A stretch of DNA of 28,630 nt. Origin: a virus. The notes beneath the pieces are model-generated. The model had not been told where the DNA came from. It searched no databases and saw only the letters and a list, made by a program, of their open reading frames with translations. Positions 8,591 to 17,265 of the stretch are shown one piece after another (position 1 is the stretch's first letter; each line of letters opens with the position of its first letter). The stretch lies in UHGV virus genome UHGV-0195556. The stretch is one strand, 5' to 3'. The position numbers and the translations under genes were made by a program.

Positions 8591-9472
8591 ATGAGTCATA
8601 ATAAAAAGGAATATGCTAAATTTTTCCGTCGCCCCATTTTTTCATCCTTAGCAAAAGGTAAGGATATTTCGGATTTATTTGGGAGTTTTGATTCTTACTG
8701 CTATGAAACACTGTTTTCAAACAATGATAATAATGAACATGAGATTTCACTAAGGGATTTATTTACATCATTATATGATTTTTTGCGTCTGAATTATAGA
8801 AATGAATATGTTTATAAGACAGCACTTGTCAATAAAATAATATTCGGTAAGCACAGCCCAAAAACAAGTTCGTCGTCCATAGAGTTACCAATTAAAAACT
8901 CTATAGTGGATGTTGCGGTGTTTAATGGTACGTCTACAGCTTACGAGATTAAGACAGAGTATGATTCACCAAAAAGGTTGATTACTCAAGCCCCTGATTA
9001 TTTGGATGTTTTTGATAAAGTGTATATAGTTACACATCCAGAGTATGCAAGTAAATATTGTGCTTTAAATCTCCCCAGAGTGGGAGTTATGGTTTTGAAT
9101 AAAAAAGATCAATTGAGTGTCATTAAGGAGGCAGATTCAAATATTGATTATATTAAAAGTGACAGCTTGTTTTCAGTTCTTAGAAAGGAAGAGTTCTTAG
9201 CTATAATAGAAGATTACACTTCAACTAAAATAAATATGCCTAACGGATTGGTTTATGAATATTGTAAAGAGATATTCATGCAGATGCCATTAAACATAGC
9301 AAATAAATACTTTATCTCTGCTATGAAAAAAAGATGTAACGATAAAGTTTTTTTGGATTATATTTATTCTCTTCCAGCATGTTTACGTGTTTTAGGTTAT
9401 GCAACACCATTATCAAGAAAGCAAAAAGAATTCATCATGAATTTGATGGATGTAAAAATTAAAATTTGTTGA
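8591..9472 (+). CDS. hypothetical protein with PD-(D/E)xK-like nuclease motif; cargo gene A
   Basis: 293-aa ORF in strongly AT-rich DNA; motif SIELP...IVDVAVF...AYEIKTE fits an E...D...ExK restriction-endonuclease-like signature. Confidence 0.55.
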   Translation: MSHNKKEYAKFFRRPIFSSLAKGKDISDLFGSFDSYCYETLFSNNDNNEHEISLRDLFTSLYDFLRLNYRNEYVYKTALVNKIIFGKHSPKTSSSSIELPIKNSIVDVAVFNGTSTAYEIKTEYDSPKRLITQAPDYLDVFDKVYIVTHPEYASKYCALNLPRVGVMVLNKKDQLSVIKEADSNIDYIKSDSLFSVLRKEEFLAIIEDYTSTKINMPNGLVYEYCKEIFMQMPLNIANKYFISAMKKRCNDKVFLDYIYSLPACLRVLGYATPLSRKQKEFIMNLMDVKIKIC

Positions 9473-9493
9473 TATCCTCAGGAGTTGTAAGTT

Positions 9494-10444
9494 ATGTATA
9501 GCCCATATTTGTATGCGAGAAGTACAGAGTTATTATGCCTTAGGGACCTCGTTGCGAAGGGAGTTAGCCTAAATGGTCTGCTACCAATTTTAGAACCAAT
9601 TAACGTCAATACGAGAAATTTATTAACATGTTTAAATGTTTGGAATTCTGACATAATTGTTATCCTTAATCCTTATCAGGAAGATTTTTCTTCACACAAT
9701 AACGTCTTAACTTTAAATCAAAATTTATCAAGTGTATTAACAAATAAAAATAATATCATCTCTGGATATCTTATTCAGCCCAATACAACGATTAATGATA
9801 TTAATAATTGGTTGAATGCTAACTTAAATAGACGAGTTGCACTTCTATATGATAATCCATCATTATCCAACTCTGATATTCAGTTGTTGGCGACAAATCA
9901 ATTGATTAGTTATCATGTTGTTTTAAATAATAAAATGCTTCCTAATCAGTGCGCTCTTCTTCCTTTGTCGAAGTTAATTATTATTAGCGATAACTTTAGA
10001 AAGTTAGCAAAAAATGCTGATTATAATGGGCCGGAACTTTTCACGCACGCACATCAATTCGTGGGACAAAATTACTTAGGATTTGGCGATTATACAATTA
10101 CTGGCCAGGTACTAGATCTTGGAGGTGGTCAACCTTCTGCTGTTGCCGCACATTTGGTGTTCAAGAATTTACAAGCGAATACAGTTTGGATTCGTCATTT
10201 TGTATCAAGCAACACGCAACGAGGAAGTTCAAATGTTACTGCAAAATTTTTAGATGTTTCAGATCAAATTACAAATCTTGTTCCCCAACATCCAACCCAG
10301 TTTGGCAGCAACATTGGTCTTAACTATTATTATTACAATAGTCAACCAACTGTAAGGCATTTCCCTGGGTTGCCAAAAAACAAACAGTATCAAATTACTC
10401 ACCATATTTGTTTCATGCTGGATTTAATAGCAGGTCGTATTTAA
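9494..10444 (+). CDS. hypothetical protein; cargo gene B
   Basis: 316-aa ORF with AGGAG RBS 21 nt after gene A, same AT-rich composition; contains GFGDY and LDLGGGQPSAVAAH motifs; 3' end overlaps the convergent integrase by 21 bp. Confidence 0.55.
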   Translation: MYSPYLYARSTELLCLRDLVAKGVSLNGLLPILEPINVNTRNLLTCLNVWNSDIIVILNPYQEDFSSHNNVLTLNQNLSSVLTNKNNIISGYLIQPNTTINDINNWLNANLNRRVALLYDNPSLSNSDIQLLATNQLISYHVVLNNKMLPNQCALLPLSKLIIISDNFRKLAKNADYNGPELFTHAHQFVGQNYLGFGDYTITGQVLDLGGGQPSAVAAHLVFKNLQANTVWIRHFVSSNTQRGSSNVTAKFLDVSDQITNLVPQHPTQFGSNIGLNYYYYNSQPTVRHFPGLPKNKQYQITHHICFMLDLIAGRI

Positions 10445-11599
10445 TAAGCTAGCGTACCATTCCATCATTACTTGTCGATCTTTAATATATTGCGCATGAT
10501 TGTAAGTACCTCGAATAGAGTTCTTATCAACATGCGCAAGCTGCATTTCAATCCAGGCACTTTCAAACCCATGCTCATGCAAGATGGTGCTCATGGTATG
10601 CCTGAAACCGTGACCCGTTAACCGACCGTGATAACCCAGTAGTTTTATCACTTTGTTGATGCTGGCTTCGCTCATTGGTTTACTGACGTCATTCCGGCCA
10701 GGGAAAACGAGGCTGTAATTCCCTGTTATTTCTTGCAGCTTTTTCAGGATATTGATCGCCTGAGTTGATAACGGAACCAGATGGGGGCGGCGTTTCTTCA
10801 TCCGTTCTTTGGGGATCTCCCATAAGGCATTATCTAAATCAAACTCAGCCCATTCCGCTGCACGTAGTTCAATTGTTCGCACGCCTGTTAGCATCAACAG
10901 CTGCGTGGCGTATTTGGTAACTAAACTGCCCTGATAGTTATCCAGAGCATTAACGAACTCGGGCAACTCGCTTTCAGTCAGGAACGGGAAGTGTTGGGTT
11001 TTAGGTTTGTTGAGTGCGATAGCTAAATCGGGTGCAAAATTATACTTTGCTCTACCAGTGGCAACAGCATAACGAAGCACTTCACCACAGCGGCGGCGGA
11101 TCTTACTGGTTTGCTCTAGCGCACCTCTTTTCTCTATTTTTTGCAGGACGGTTAGCAGTTCTAATGGTTCAATCTGCTCAATTGGGCGCTGGCCGATAAA
11201 AGGAAAAATATCCTTTTCCATACAATTGAGAACCTCTTTTGCATAACCCTCTGACCAGGTGGCTTTTTTCGATGAGTGCCATTCTCTGGCCACAGACTCA
11301 AAGCTGTTCTCATGCGCGAACTGCAAAGCAATCTTATCTGCTTTTCTGGCTTCACTTGGGTTTATCCCGTTGGCTAACATCGAACGCGCTTCATCACGTT
11401 TGGTACGTGCCTGTGCCAACGACACATCGCCATATACGCCAAAGGAAATCATCTTAGGCTTACCTGCAAAGCGATAGCGAAAACGCCAGCCTTTACTGCC
11501 CGCTGTGTCGATCAGGAGTGATAGCCCCATACCATCGTTAAGCGTATAGGGTTTGTCCTTCGGTTTTGCTCTTTTTATTTGGATGTCAGATAGCAGCAT
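10424..11599 (-). CDS. tyrosine recombinase, P4-type integrase
   Basis: N-terminal AKPKDKPYTLNDGMGLSL...WRFRY and C-terminal HGFRHT...Y motifs typical of P4-family integrases; start taken at MLLSD (the upstream in-frame ATG at 11647 is less likely). Confidence 0.85.
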   Translation of the reverse strand: MLLSDIQIKRAKPKDKPYTLNDGMGLSLLIDTAGSKGWRFRYRFAGKPKMISFGVYGDVSLAQARTKRDEARSMLANGINPSEARKADKIALQFAHENSFESVAREWHSSKKATWSEGYAKEVLNCMEKDIFPFIGQRPIEQIEPLELLTVLQKIEKRGALEQTSKIRRRCGEVLRYAVATGRAKYNFAPDLAIALNKPKTQHFPFLTESELPEFVNALDNYQGSLVTKYATQLLMLTGVRTIELRAAEWAEFDLDNALWEIPKERMKKRRPHLVPLSTQAINILKKLQEITGNYSLVFPGRNDVSKPMSEASINKVIKLLGYHGRLTGHGFRHTMSTILHEHGFESAWIEMQLAHVDKNSIRGTYNHAQYIKDRQVMMEWYASLLNTTCY

Positions 11600-11758
11600 G
11601 TGTATAGAAAAAAGATCGAACTCAGTTATACACAATGTTATACGCAAAGATGTATAGATTCCATTAGAAATAATGGTACTTTGCTGGACGAGTATAAGGA
11701 GATGATATCAGTTAAAACAGTGAGTTATGGAATTAATTGAACTTAGTGAGAAGTGTTC

Positions 11759-11774
11759 ATGGTGTCCCCTGCAG
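11759..11774. repeat. att core copy 2 (ATGGTGTCCCCTGCAG), junction between satellite and lambdoid prophage
   Basis: Exact copy of 795-810; about 75 bp from the torI stop. Confidence 0.7.
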
Positions 11775-11847
11775 ACATCTACTTGAAGCGGCAGGGGATT
11801 GATTAGAATGGTATTTTTTAGATGTGAGAAATATTTTACCCGCTATT

Positions 11848-12048
11848 TTACCCATTGGCGCGGCTTAAGAGCTTATTTTTGAATTCACAATGGTCACGAT
11901 ATAACCATCTTGCTCGCCCGTGGATAACTTTGGCTTTTGGCAGGTCGCCGGACTTAATCCGGTCATAGATGAAGGTTTTACCGAAGCCAGTATCGGCCAT
12001 GATGAATTTCAAATCAACCAGTGAATCAGGCTGTAGTTCGTGTTGCAT
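11848..12048 (-). CDS. torI: TorI-type excisionase / recombination directionality factor
   Basis: 66-aa protein MQHELQPDSLVDLKFIMADTGFGKTFIYDRIKSGDLPKAK... matches recalled KplE1 TorI; located next to the att core. Confidence 0.85.
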   Translation of the reverse strand: MQHELQPDSLVDLKFIMADTGFGKTFIYDRIKSGDLPKAKVIHGRARWLYRDHCEFKNKLLSRANG

Positions 12049-12105
12049 GAGTGCTATCTCCGAATAGGGAATCGAACCTGCAAATCAGGTAATAAAAAAC
12101 CGCCA

Positions 12106-12273
12106 TCAGGCGGCTTGGTGTTCTTTCAGTTCTTCAATTCGAATATTGGTTATGTCTGCATGCGCTATCTGCGCCCATAGCATCCAGTGGTCATAGCAGT
12201 CATTGATGTTCTCTGCTTCGATAACTCTGTTGAATGGCTCTCCATTCCATTCACCTGTGACTCGAAAGTGCAT
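12106..12273 (-). CDS. small hypothetical protein (55 aa)
   Basis: ORF below the track length cutoff, translated by hand (MHFRVTGEWNGEPF...); stop lies within a hairpin followed by a T-run. Confidence 0.3.
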   Translation of the reverse strand: MHFRVTGEWNGEPFNRVIEAENINDCYDHWMLWAQIAHADITNIRIEELKEHQAA

Positions 12274-12361
12274 TTATCATCTCCATAAAACAAAACCCGC
12301 CGTAGCGAGTTCAGATAAAAGAAATCCCCGCGAGTGCGAGGATAGTTACTTGTTCATATTA

Positions 12362-12661
12362 TTAATCGTCAATGTATTTTGAGCATTGTGGGCAATCATC
12401 AATCCCACAATACGATTCATATGCATCCTTTATTGCGTCGCGGGCTTCAGTAAGAGTATTGAATAAGTTGCAGCTATTATCTTTTTGATATAGGTAAGTT
12501 CCTAATTTATAAGCAGAAGAAGCATCATTTCCGCTGTCTAAAATTACATCGTTATGGATTCTGCACCTTGCAAGAACTCCTGATCCCATAAGGGTCTGCA
12601 TAGCCCATTGCTCTTGATCTTCACACAAATCATGAATGCTCATTTCAACACCTCTCTTCAC
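12362..12661 (-). CDS. hypothetical cysteine-containing small protein
   Basis: 99-aa ORF in an AT-rich island; C-terminal CGIDDCPQC motif; start may be the internal MSIHDL. Confidence 0.45.
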   Translation of the reverse strand: MKRGVEMSIHDLCEDQEQWAMQTLMGSGVLARCRIHNDVILDSGNDASSAYKLGTYLYQKDNSCNLFNTLTEARDAIKDAYESYCGIDDCPQCSKYIDD

Positions 12662-12757
12662 GTTTCACACACGTTAAGATTAACAGTGTTTTTACATGCT
12701 TTGGAAGATTTATTTTATAAAAACTCTTTTAATACAAATAGATATAATAGTTCACTA

Positions 12758-13426
12758 TTATAGCTCCTTTAATCGAGGCGGTTCTGGTAGAGGCATCCAG
12801 TGGGTTACCTCTTTGAGATACAGGTCTTCGCCATCACCGTCATCCCAAGTTGGATTGCCATCATTAAACCAGTCGACATATACGCCGACCTGAGTGTTGG
12901 GGATGTTTGGTGGGTAGTTGTTTTTAAAGTCAGCTGCTAACACATAGCATTGTCGCTCTCCCATTTCTGGCATTCGCTCACTACAGCTTATCCAACCATC
13001 CGGAGTTACCGGATAGTTGCCGGGTTCTTTAATGTGCAAGCGAGGCTCACCATCTTTTGGCTCAGGCCACTGGCGCTCCATGTTGATCTTCAATTTATCT
13101 TCCATAGCAGCGGTAATTTCAGCATCGCTGATGCCAGCACGGCGCTGTGCATCCCACAACAGAAACTGCATATCAGCCCACTCGCTAAGATCGTCTGGTT
13201 CGGCTGCGGCTTCAAGTGCCTCTTTTGAGAGATGTTTCAGCGGACCAATGGGGCCAACGCAGCCAAATGTGGAGTCAGACCATTTGGCATGCTCGTGGCG
13301 AATCTGTTCGCGTTCCAGTGATGCCAGTGCAATTCGTGCCAGTTCCATTTGTTCGCCACGAGTAAGTCCGTTATCAAGCGGATTTTTAATGAATAATTTG
13401 ATACGTTCTTTGGTTATAGCGCTCAT
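12758..13426 (-). CDS. phage early protein with DUF551-like C-terminal domain
   Basis: Start at MSAITK with AAGGAG RBS, immediately after the upstream stop; C-terminal W/D-rich segment typical of DUF551 proteins of lambdoid prophages. Confidence 0.5.
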   Translation of the reverse strand: MSAITKERIKLFIKNPLDNGLTRGEQMELARIALASLEREQIRHEHAKWSDSTFGCVGPIGPLKHLSKEALEAAAEPDDLSEWADMQFLLWDAQRRAGISDAEITAAMEDKLKINMERQWPEPKDGEPRLHIKEPGNYPVTPDGWISCSERMPEMGERQCYVLAADFKNNYPPNIPNTQVGVYVDWFNDGNPTWDDGDGEDLYLKEVTHWMPLPEPPRLKEL

Positions 13427-13427
13427 A

Positions 13428-13967
13428 TCACTCTCCTTTGATGCGAATGCCTGTTGCAATGCTGTTTATGATGCTGTCAGTGCATGGGGTAGAAAGCTGG
13501 GCATCTCCAGCAATTCTCATGACCTCAACATCTGCATATCGAATACCGAGGTGTATCAGACCGGCTATACCTGACTTAAGCCGAGCATTTTCCATAAACA
13601 GATCCTTTGCCCGCTGTTTTTCTGCCTCAAGCTCAACGCGCAACTTCCCTACCGTTAACGCAATATCCTCGTTCTCTTGGTCGCGGCGTTTGATGTATTG
13701 CTGGTTTCTTTCCCGTTCATCCAGTAGTGCAAGCACGGTAGCCGGATTAGCCCTGGCAACAAAATCCCGGACTGGCTTACAACCAATCTCCGCAATGGGT
13801 TGATACGATGTGTAGCCATGCTGTCTTGTATAACTACCGTGACGAATAACGAAAAAATCACCGTTTATTTTTTTTTTAGCTTGCCACTTATCTTTACCGG
13901 CTTTCACTGCCGCCTCACGCAGTGCCTGATAGTCAATCTTGCTCACTGCTTGCCTCCTTTGCGCCAC
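13428..13967 (-). CDS. Ead/Ea22-like early protein
   Basis: [12 protein letters not shown] motif and coiled-coil region as in Ea22-like proteins. Confidence 0.5.
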   Translation of the reverse strand: MAQRRQAVSKIDYQALREAAVKAGKDKWQAKKKINGDFFVIRHGSYTRQHGYTSYQPIAEIGCKPVRDFVARANPATVLALLDERERNQQYIKRRDQENEDIALTVGKLRVELEAEKQRAKDLFMENARLKSGIAGLIHLGIRYADVEVMRIAGDAQLSTPCTDSIINSIATGIRIKGE

Positions 13968-14106
13968 ATAGCATTCAGATATTTGTTTTGATTTACTGAC
14001 GGAAAAGAATTTCTCTTAAGCAATTCCTCTCTCGATGGCATTGGCTTTACGCGTTGGCGAATAATCATTTCTGCCGGAAGAATGCCGGGATTGTATGCAA
14101 GTCCTC

Positions 14107-14399
14107 TCATGATTTACTCTCCACGAGCTGGTCAATAGCCATGCTAAGTGACACACCTAAAGTCTCGATATGCTGCTGAATATCCTGTAGCGTCTGCGCC
14201 TGAGATAACAGGATTTCACGGTTGCATAACTCTTTAACCAGATGCTCAAACTTGCTGTAATAACCGATACGACTTAGTGTTTCTTTCCCTGCATTCTCGC
14301 CTTCTTTAATAATTCCTCTTTCGCTAAGAATCAGATCGTGTTTGGTTCCGGTAATAACGTATTTTCCGAGGTCGATGTTTAGCTTCATTGTTTTCATTG
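14107..14399 (-). CDS. hypothetical protein
   Basis: Start at MKTMKL with GAGGAA RBS; the longer track ORF (to 14547) is rejected. Confidence 0.45.
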
Positions 14400-14407
14400 T
14401 TAATTCC

Positions 14408-14701
14408 TCAGTCATTACTGATAGCGCCATAGCGTGAGCGGTAATTACGCAGGCGCGGGTCAATTTCAGGGAAGTGGGTATATGTGGCTTTGCGTAATGG
14501 GCGGATTGATGTCTGGTAAATTCGCTCGCGTTCTTCTTTCTCTGCAAGCCATATACAATGGCGAAATTCCTTTTCCTCTTTCGTTTCCTGCGGTAGAGAC
14601 ATTATCAGGTCGTAGTTTTTCCTGAATTTATCCAGCACCTCCGATACGGAATTGCCGGAACAGCGGCGCGGGTCATCCGCACCATACAGAGGCGCTGGCA
14701 T
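14408..14701 (-). CDS. hypothetical protein
   Basis: 97-aa ORF in the operon between ssb and downstream early genes. Confidence 0.4.
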   Translation of the reverse strand: MPAPLYGADDPRRCSGNSVSEVLDKFRKNYDLIMSLPQETKEEKEFRHCIWLAEKEERERIYQTSIRPLRKATYTHFPEIDPRLRNYRSRYGAISND

Positions 14702-14724
14702 AATGGAATCCTTATTTTGCTAAT

Positions 14725-15108
14725 CTAGAAGGGGATTGAATCGTCGTATTCAGGATGATTTTGATGATTGCTACTTTGCTGCTGTTGGCTGTTTCCTGAA
14801 GTTGCAAATCCAATCTTTGCATTCAGTAATTCAAGAGTGATTGATTGACCATTTTGCCCCTGATAAACATCAACCCTGATGTTTTCTCCGGTAATTTCCA
14901 CAATGCCACCTTCAACAAGAACACTACGGTAGTAATCCGCTTGCGCTCCCGGCTTGGCAAATACAACGGCGCTGTAGTTTGTCCATTCTTTCTTTTTTGT
15001 CTGGCGATCGTAATACTGAACGCCAGCACGGATGTTGAATCCGATATTTTCCCCGGCCTGAAACTCTCTTGCGGGCTTGTTTAGTCTTACAGTAATCGAA
15101 TGTGCCAT
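14725..15108 (-). CDS. ssb: single-stranded DNA-binding protein
   Basis: OB-fold-like N-terminus and acidic C-terminal tail ending DDSIPF; start MAHSIT overlaps the erf stop (TAATG). Confidence 0.8.
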   Translation of the reverse strand: MAHSITVRLNKPAREFQAGENIGFNIRAGVQYYDRQTKKKEWTNYSAVVFAKPGAQADYYRSVLVEGGIVEITGENIRVDVYQGQNGQSITLELLNAKIGFATSGNSQQQQSSNHQNHPEYDDSIPF

Positions 15109-15713
15109 TAAGCAGCAGCTCCTTCTAATTCGTCTCGTCTGATGTTGTAAACGTCCTGCGCTTTGTGCTGCTCCGGTGTTCCTTCGAGCATCTTCCACGC
15201 TTTGGCGAACGCCTGTTTAAGCTCTTCCACGGTGTTTTTCTGCAATGCTGCGTCAGTGAATGCTTTTAGAACCTGTTCAGGTGTAGGTGATGGTTTTGAT
15301 TGCTTTGCTGCTGCGTTCTGCTGATGTTTATGCTCGTCGGTATCTGCATCTTTCGCATCATCAATGCCGAACAAACCATTGAGGCAATACTTGCGTGCAT
15401 AAGAGCTTGTAGCTCCAGTAACTTGTGCAGAATCCATTCCTTTCTTGCTTTCTTCCTCTCGTGCAAGAGCGGTTGCCGTATGACTGTTTTCGCCATCGGT
15501 AATAGTTGCCGTTGCTTTCACGTAATACCGATCACCAATCAACACAACTTCATCGCTGATTGATAAAAACAGGCCATTCAGTAACGGCTTAACGCCTTCA
15601 AGAATATCTTCGCAGCTTCTGTATTTATATTTGCCGAATGAGTTGTACTGATTCTTTGGCGCGTTCAGATTCTCCTGAATAGCTGCCAGTCTTGCGTAAA
15701 ATTCTTTGCTCAT
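15108..15713 (-). CDS. erf: Erf-family single-strand annealing recombinase (P22 Erf-like)
   Basis: MSKEFYARLAAIQENLNAPKNQYNSFGKYKYRSCEDILEGVKPLL... closely matches recalled P22 Erf. Confidence 0.85.
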   Translation of the reverse strand: MSKEFYARLAAIQENLNAPKNQYNSFGKYKYRSCEDILEGVKPLLNGLFLSISDEVVLIGDRYYVKATATITDGENSHTATALAREEESKKGMDSAQVTGATSSYARKYCLNGLFGIDDAKDADTDEHKHQQNAAAKQSKPSPTPEQVLKAFTDAALQKNTVEELKQAFAKAWKMLEGTPEQHKAQDVYNIRRDELEGAAA

Positions 15714-15802
15714 ATGTTTGTTCTCAGAATGGACATGGCCCAAGGAAATAACGCTGATTTAATACTTCAGTCTTTGCCGCATTTAAAAATACGCGAACAC
15801 CT

Positions 15803-15973
15803 TCACGATCTCCCTTCTGGCGATACATTAACGCCTGCTGCGTGTACATGCGTCTCTGTAACTTGCTCTCCTTCACTGTGGTTGCAAGTGACATGAATAT
15901 CTCCTTCGTTACCGATTAATTCTTTCATCTGACGAATGAATTCTTCGTCTGACCAGCTATCTGTAAAACTCAT
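15803..15973 (-). CDS. hypothetical small protein (P22 arf/abc position)
   Basis: Start MSFTDSW overlaps the kil stop; function unassigned. Confidence 0.4.
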   Translation of the reverse strand: MSFTDSWSDEEFIRQMKELIGNEGDIHVTCNHSEGEQVTETHVHAAGVNVSPEGRS

Positions 15974-16122
15974 TTCCTGCGATACCACGGAATGTTGATC
16001 GCTGATTTCATCGCTTTATTTGCTTCAAGCCACATTTTGGAATCACCAATAAATCTTGCTATTACTGCTTTGTTTTGTGCTGCACGAAGCATCTGGTGAT
16101 TGATGGCTATTTCATTGCGCAT
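15970..16122 (-). CDS. kil: Kil-like host cell-division inhibitor
   Basis: 50-aa ORF translated by hand; IARFIGDSKMWLEANKAMK resembles recalled lambda Kil IATFIGDEKMF. Confidence 0.55.
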   Translation of the reverse strand: MRNEIAINHQMLRAAQNKAVIARFIGDSKMWLEANKAMKSAINIPWYRRK

Positions 16123-16238
16123 AATAAGACCTCAACTCTTTTCCATCCGTCACGTAATTTACGGGTGATTCGTTCAAGTAAAGATTCATTTAGTTGGAAG
16201 GCACCCATGCGAGCGCCTCCCGCGATTGCGTAAATCAT
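16107..16238 (-). CDS. cIII: CIII-like FtsH inhibitor
   Basis: 43-aa ORF translated by hand; MIYAIAGG...ESLLERITRKLRDGWKR matches recalled lambda CIII. Confidence 0.7.
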   Translation of the reverse strand: MIYAIAGGARMGAFQLNESLLERITRKLRDGWKRVEVLLCAMK

Positions 16239-16262
16239 GGGTGGTTCCTTATGTTGGTTTTA

Positions 16263-17231
16263 TTAGTAGGTTATTTTTGTTGCGAATACTTCGCCTTTTA
16301 CGATGGCTGTTATGATATTTTTAGCAACATCTTCTGATGCGCCAACCTTGATAAGGTCAGCAAGTATTTTGTTATTTACTTCTTTCCGGTGAGCTTTATC
16401 CTTTGCTCTACGCTCTTCTTCTTCCTTGATTCTTTTTTCTTCTGCTATTCTGGCTTGCTCTTTTGCTTCAGCCTCGCGCCTGATTCGTTCAGCCTCCTCC
16501 TGTGCTTTTCGGCGTTCTGCTTCAATTGCCGCCTGCTTTTCTCTTTCAGCTCGTTCTGCTGCCTCTTTTGCTTCGCGCTGTGCTCGTTGCTCGGCTTCAA
16601 TGCGTTCACGCTCTGCACGTTCCGCTGCGGCCTTAGCTTCTGCTTCTCGCCTTGCTGCTGCTTCAATTTCGGCTTTTGCCTTTGCTTCGGCTTCTGCTCT
16701 GGCTTTCTCTTCAGCTTCTCTTTTTAAGCGTTCTTCATGCTCTCGCTTTTCCTGCTCCGCTTTGAGTCTTGCCTCTTCTCTTTGGCGGTCAAATTCGCGA
16801 TCCATCAAAATCGCTATTTCATGGTCAGACTCAATTTGCTTTGCGAGAGCTTCAGCTGCTGCCTTAGCTTCTTCTTCGGCTTTAATCCGCGCCTGTTCTT
16901 CCTCATAATCAGTAAGAGGCTGGCGTGCCTTGGCTTTCAGCTCATCAAGGCGATCACGCACTGTCTTGCGGTTAGCATCAATGAGCTTTGGAATTTCCTT
17001 CAGTTCAGCAACAAGGTCTTTGCCAAGACCATCGAGATATGTTTTCGTCTGCGCAACTTTATACGCCAGAGAAGCGATCTCCTTTCTGCCCTTTGCCGTT
17101 GTGATATCAGGCACAAAGGACATAACTTCACGTTCAACCTTTTGAAGGATTTCTTCAATCTGGTCGGCAGACTGAAATACAGTCATTGCATTTGATTTTT
17201 CAATAACAACTAAATCTGTTACTTCACTCAT
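16263..17231 (-). CDS. hypothetical protein with long E/A/K/R-rich low-complexity coiled-coil region
   Basis: 322-aa ORF with AGGAGG RBS; central roughly 150 aa composed almost entirely of E, A, K, R. Confidence 0.6.
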   Translation of the reverse strand: MSEVTDLVVIEKSNAMTVFQSADQIEEILQKVEREVMSFVPDITTAKGRKEIASLAYKVAQTKTYLDGLGKDLVAELKEIPKLIDANRKTVRDRLDELKAKARQPLTDYEEEQARIKAEEEAKAAAEALAKQIESDHEIAILMDREFDRQREEARLKAEQEKREHEERLKREAEEKARAEAEAKAKAEIEAAARREAEAKAAAERAERERIEAEQRAQREAKEAAERAEREKQAAIEAERRKAQEEAERIRREAEAKEQARIAEEKRIKEEEERRAKDKAHRKEVNNKILADLIKVGASEDVAKNIITAIVKGEVFATKITY

Positions 17232-17265
17232 ATATCCTCCTTCGTTGTATTCTTTAAAAACGCTC

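Noticed and set aside
12950-13574. Plus-strand ORFs (92 aa and 185 aa) overlapping the DUF551 and Ea22-like genes
   Set aside because: Antisense to better-supported minus-strand genes that belong to a coherent operon with RBSs and coupled stops/starts.
16389-17195. Multiple ORFs antisense or out of frame to the E/A/K/R-rich gene (e.g. 16389-16727, 16426-16908, 16737-17195)
   Set aside because: Products are low-complexity S/A/F/C/L runs generated by reading the GCT/GAA-rich repeat in other frames.
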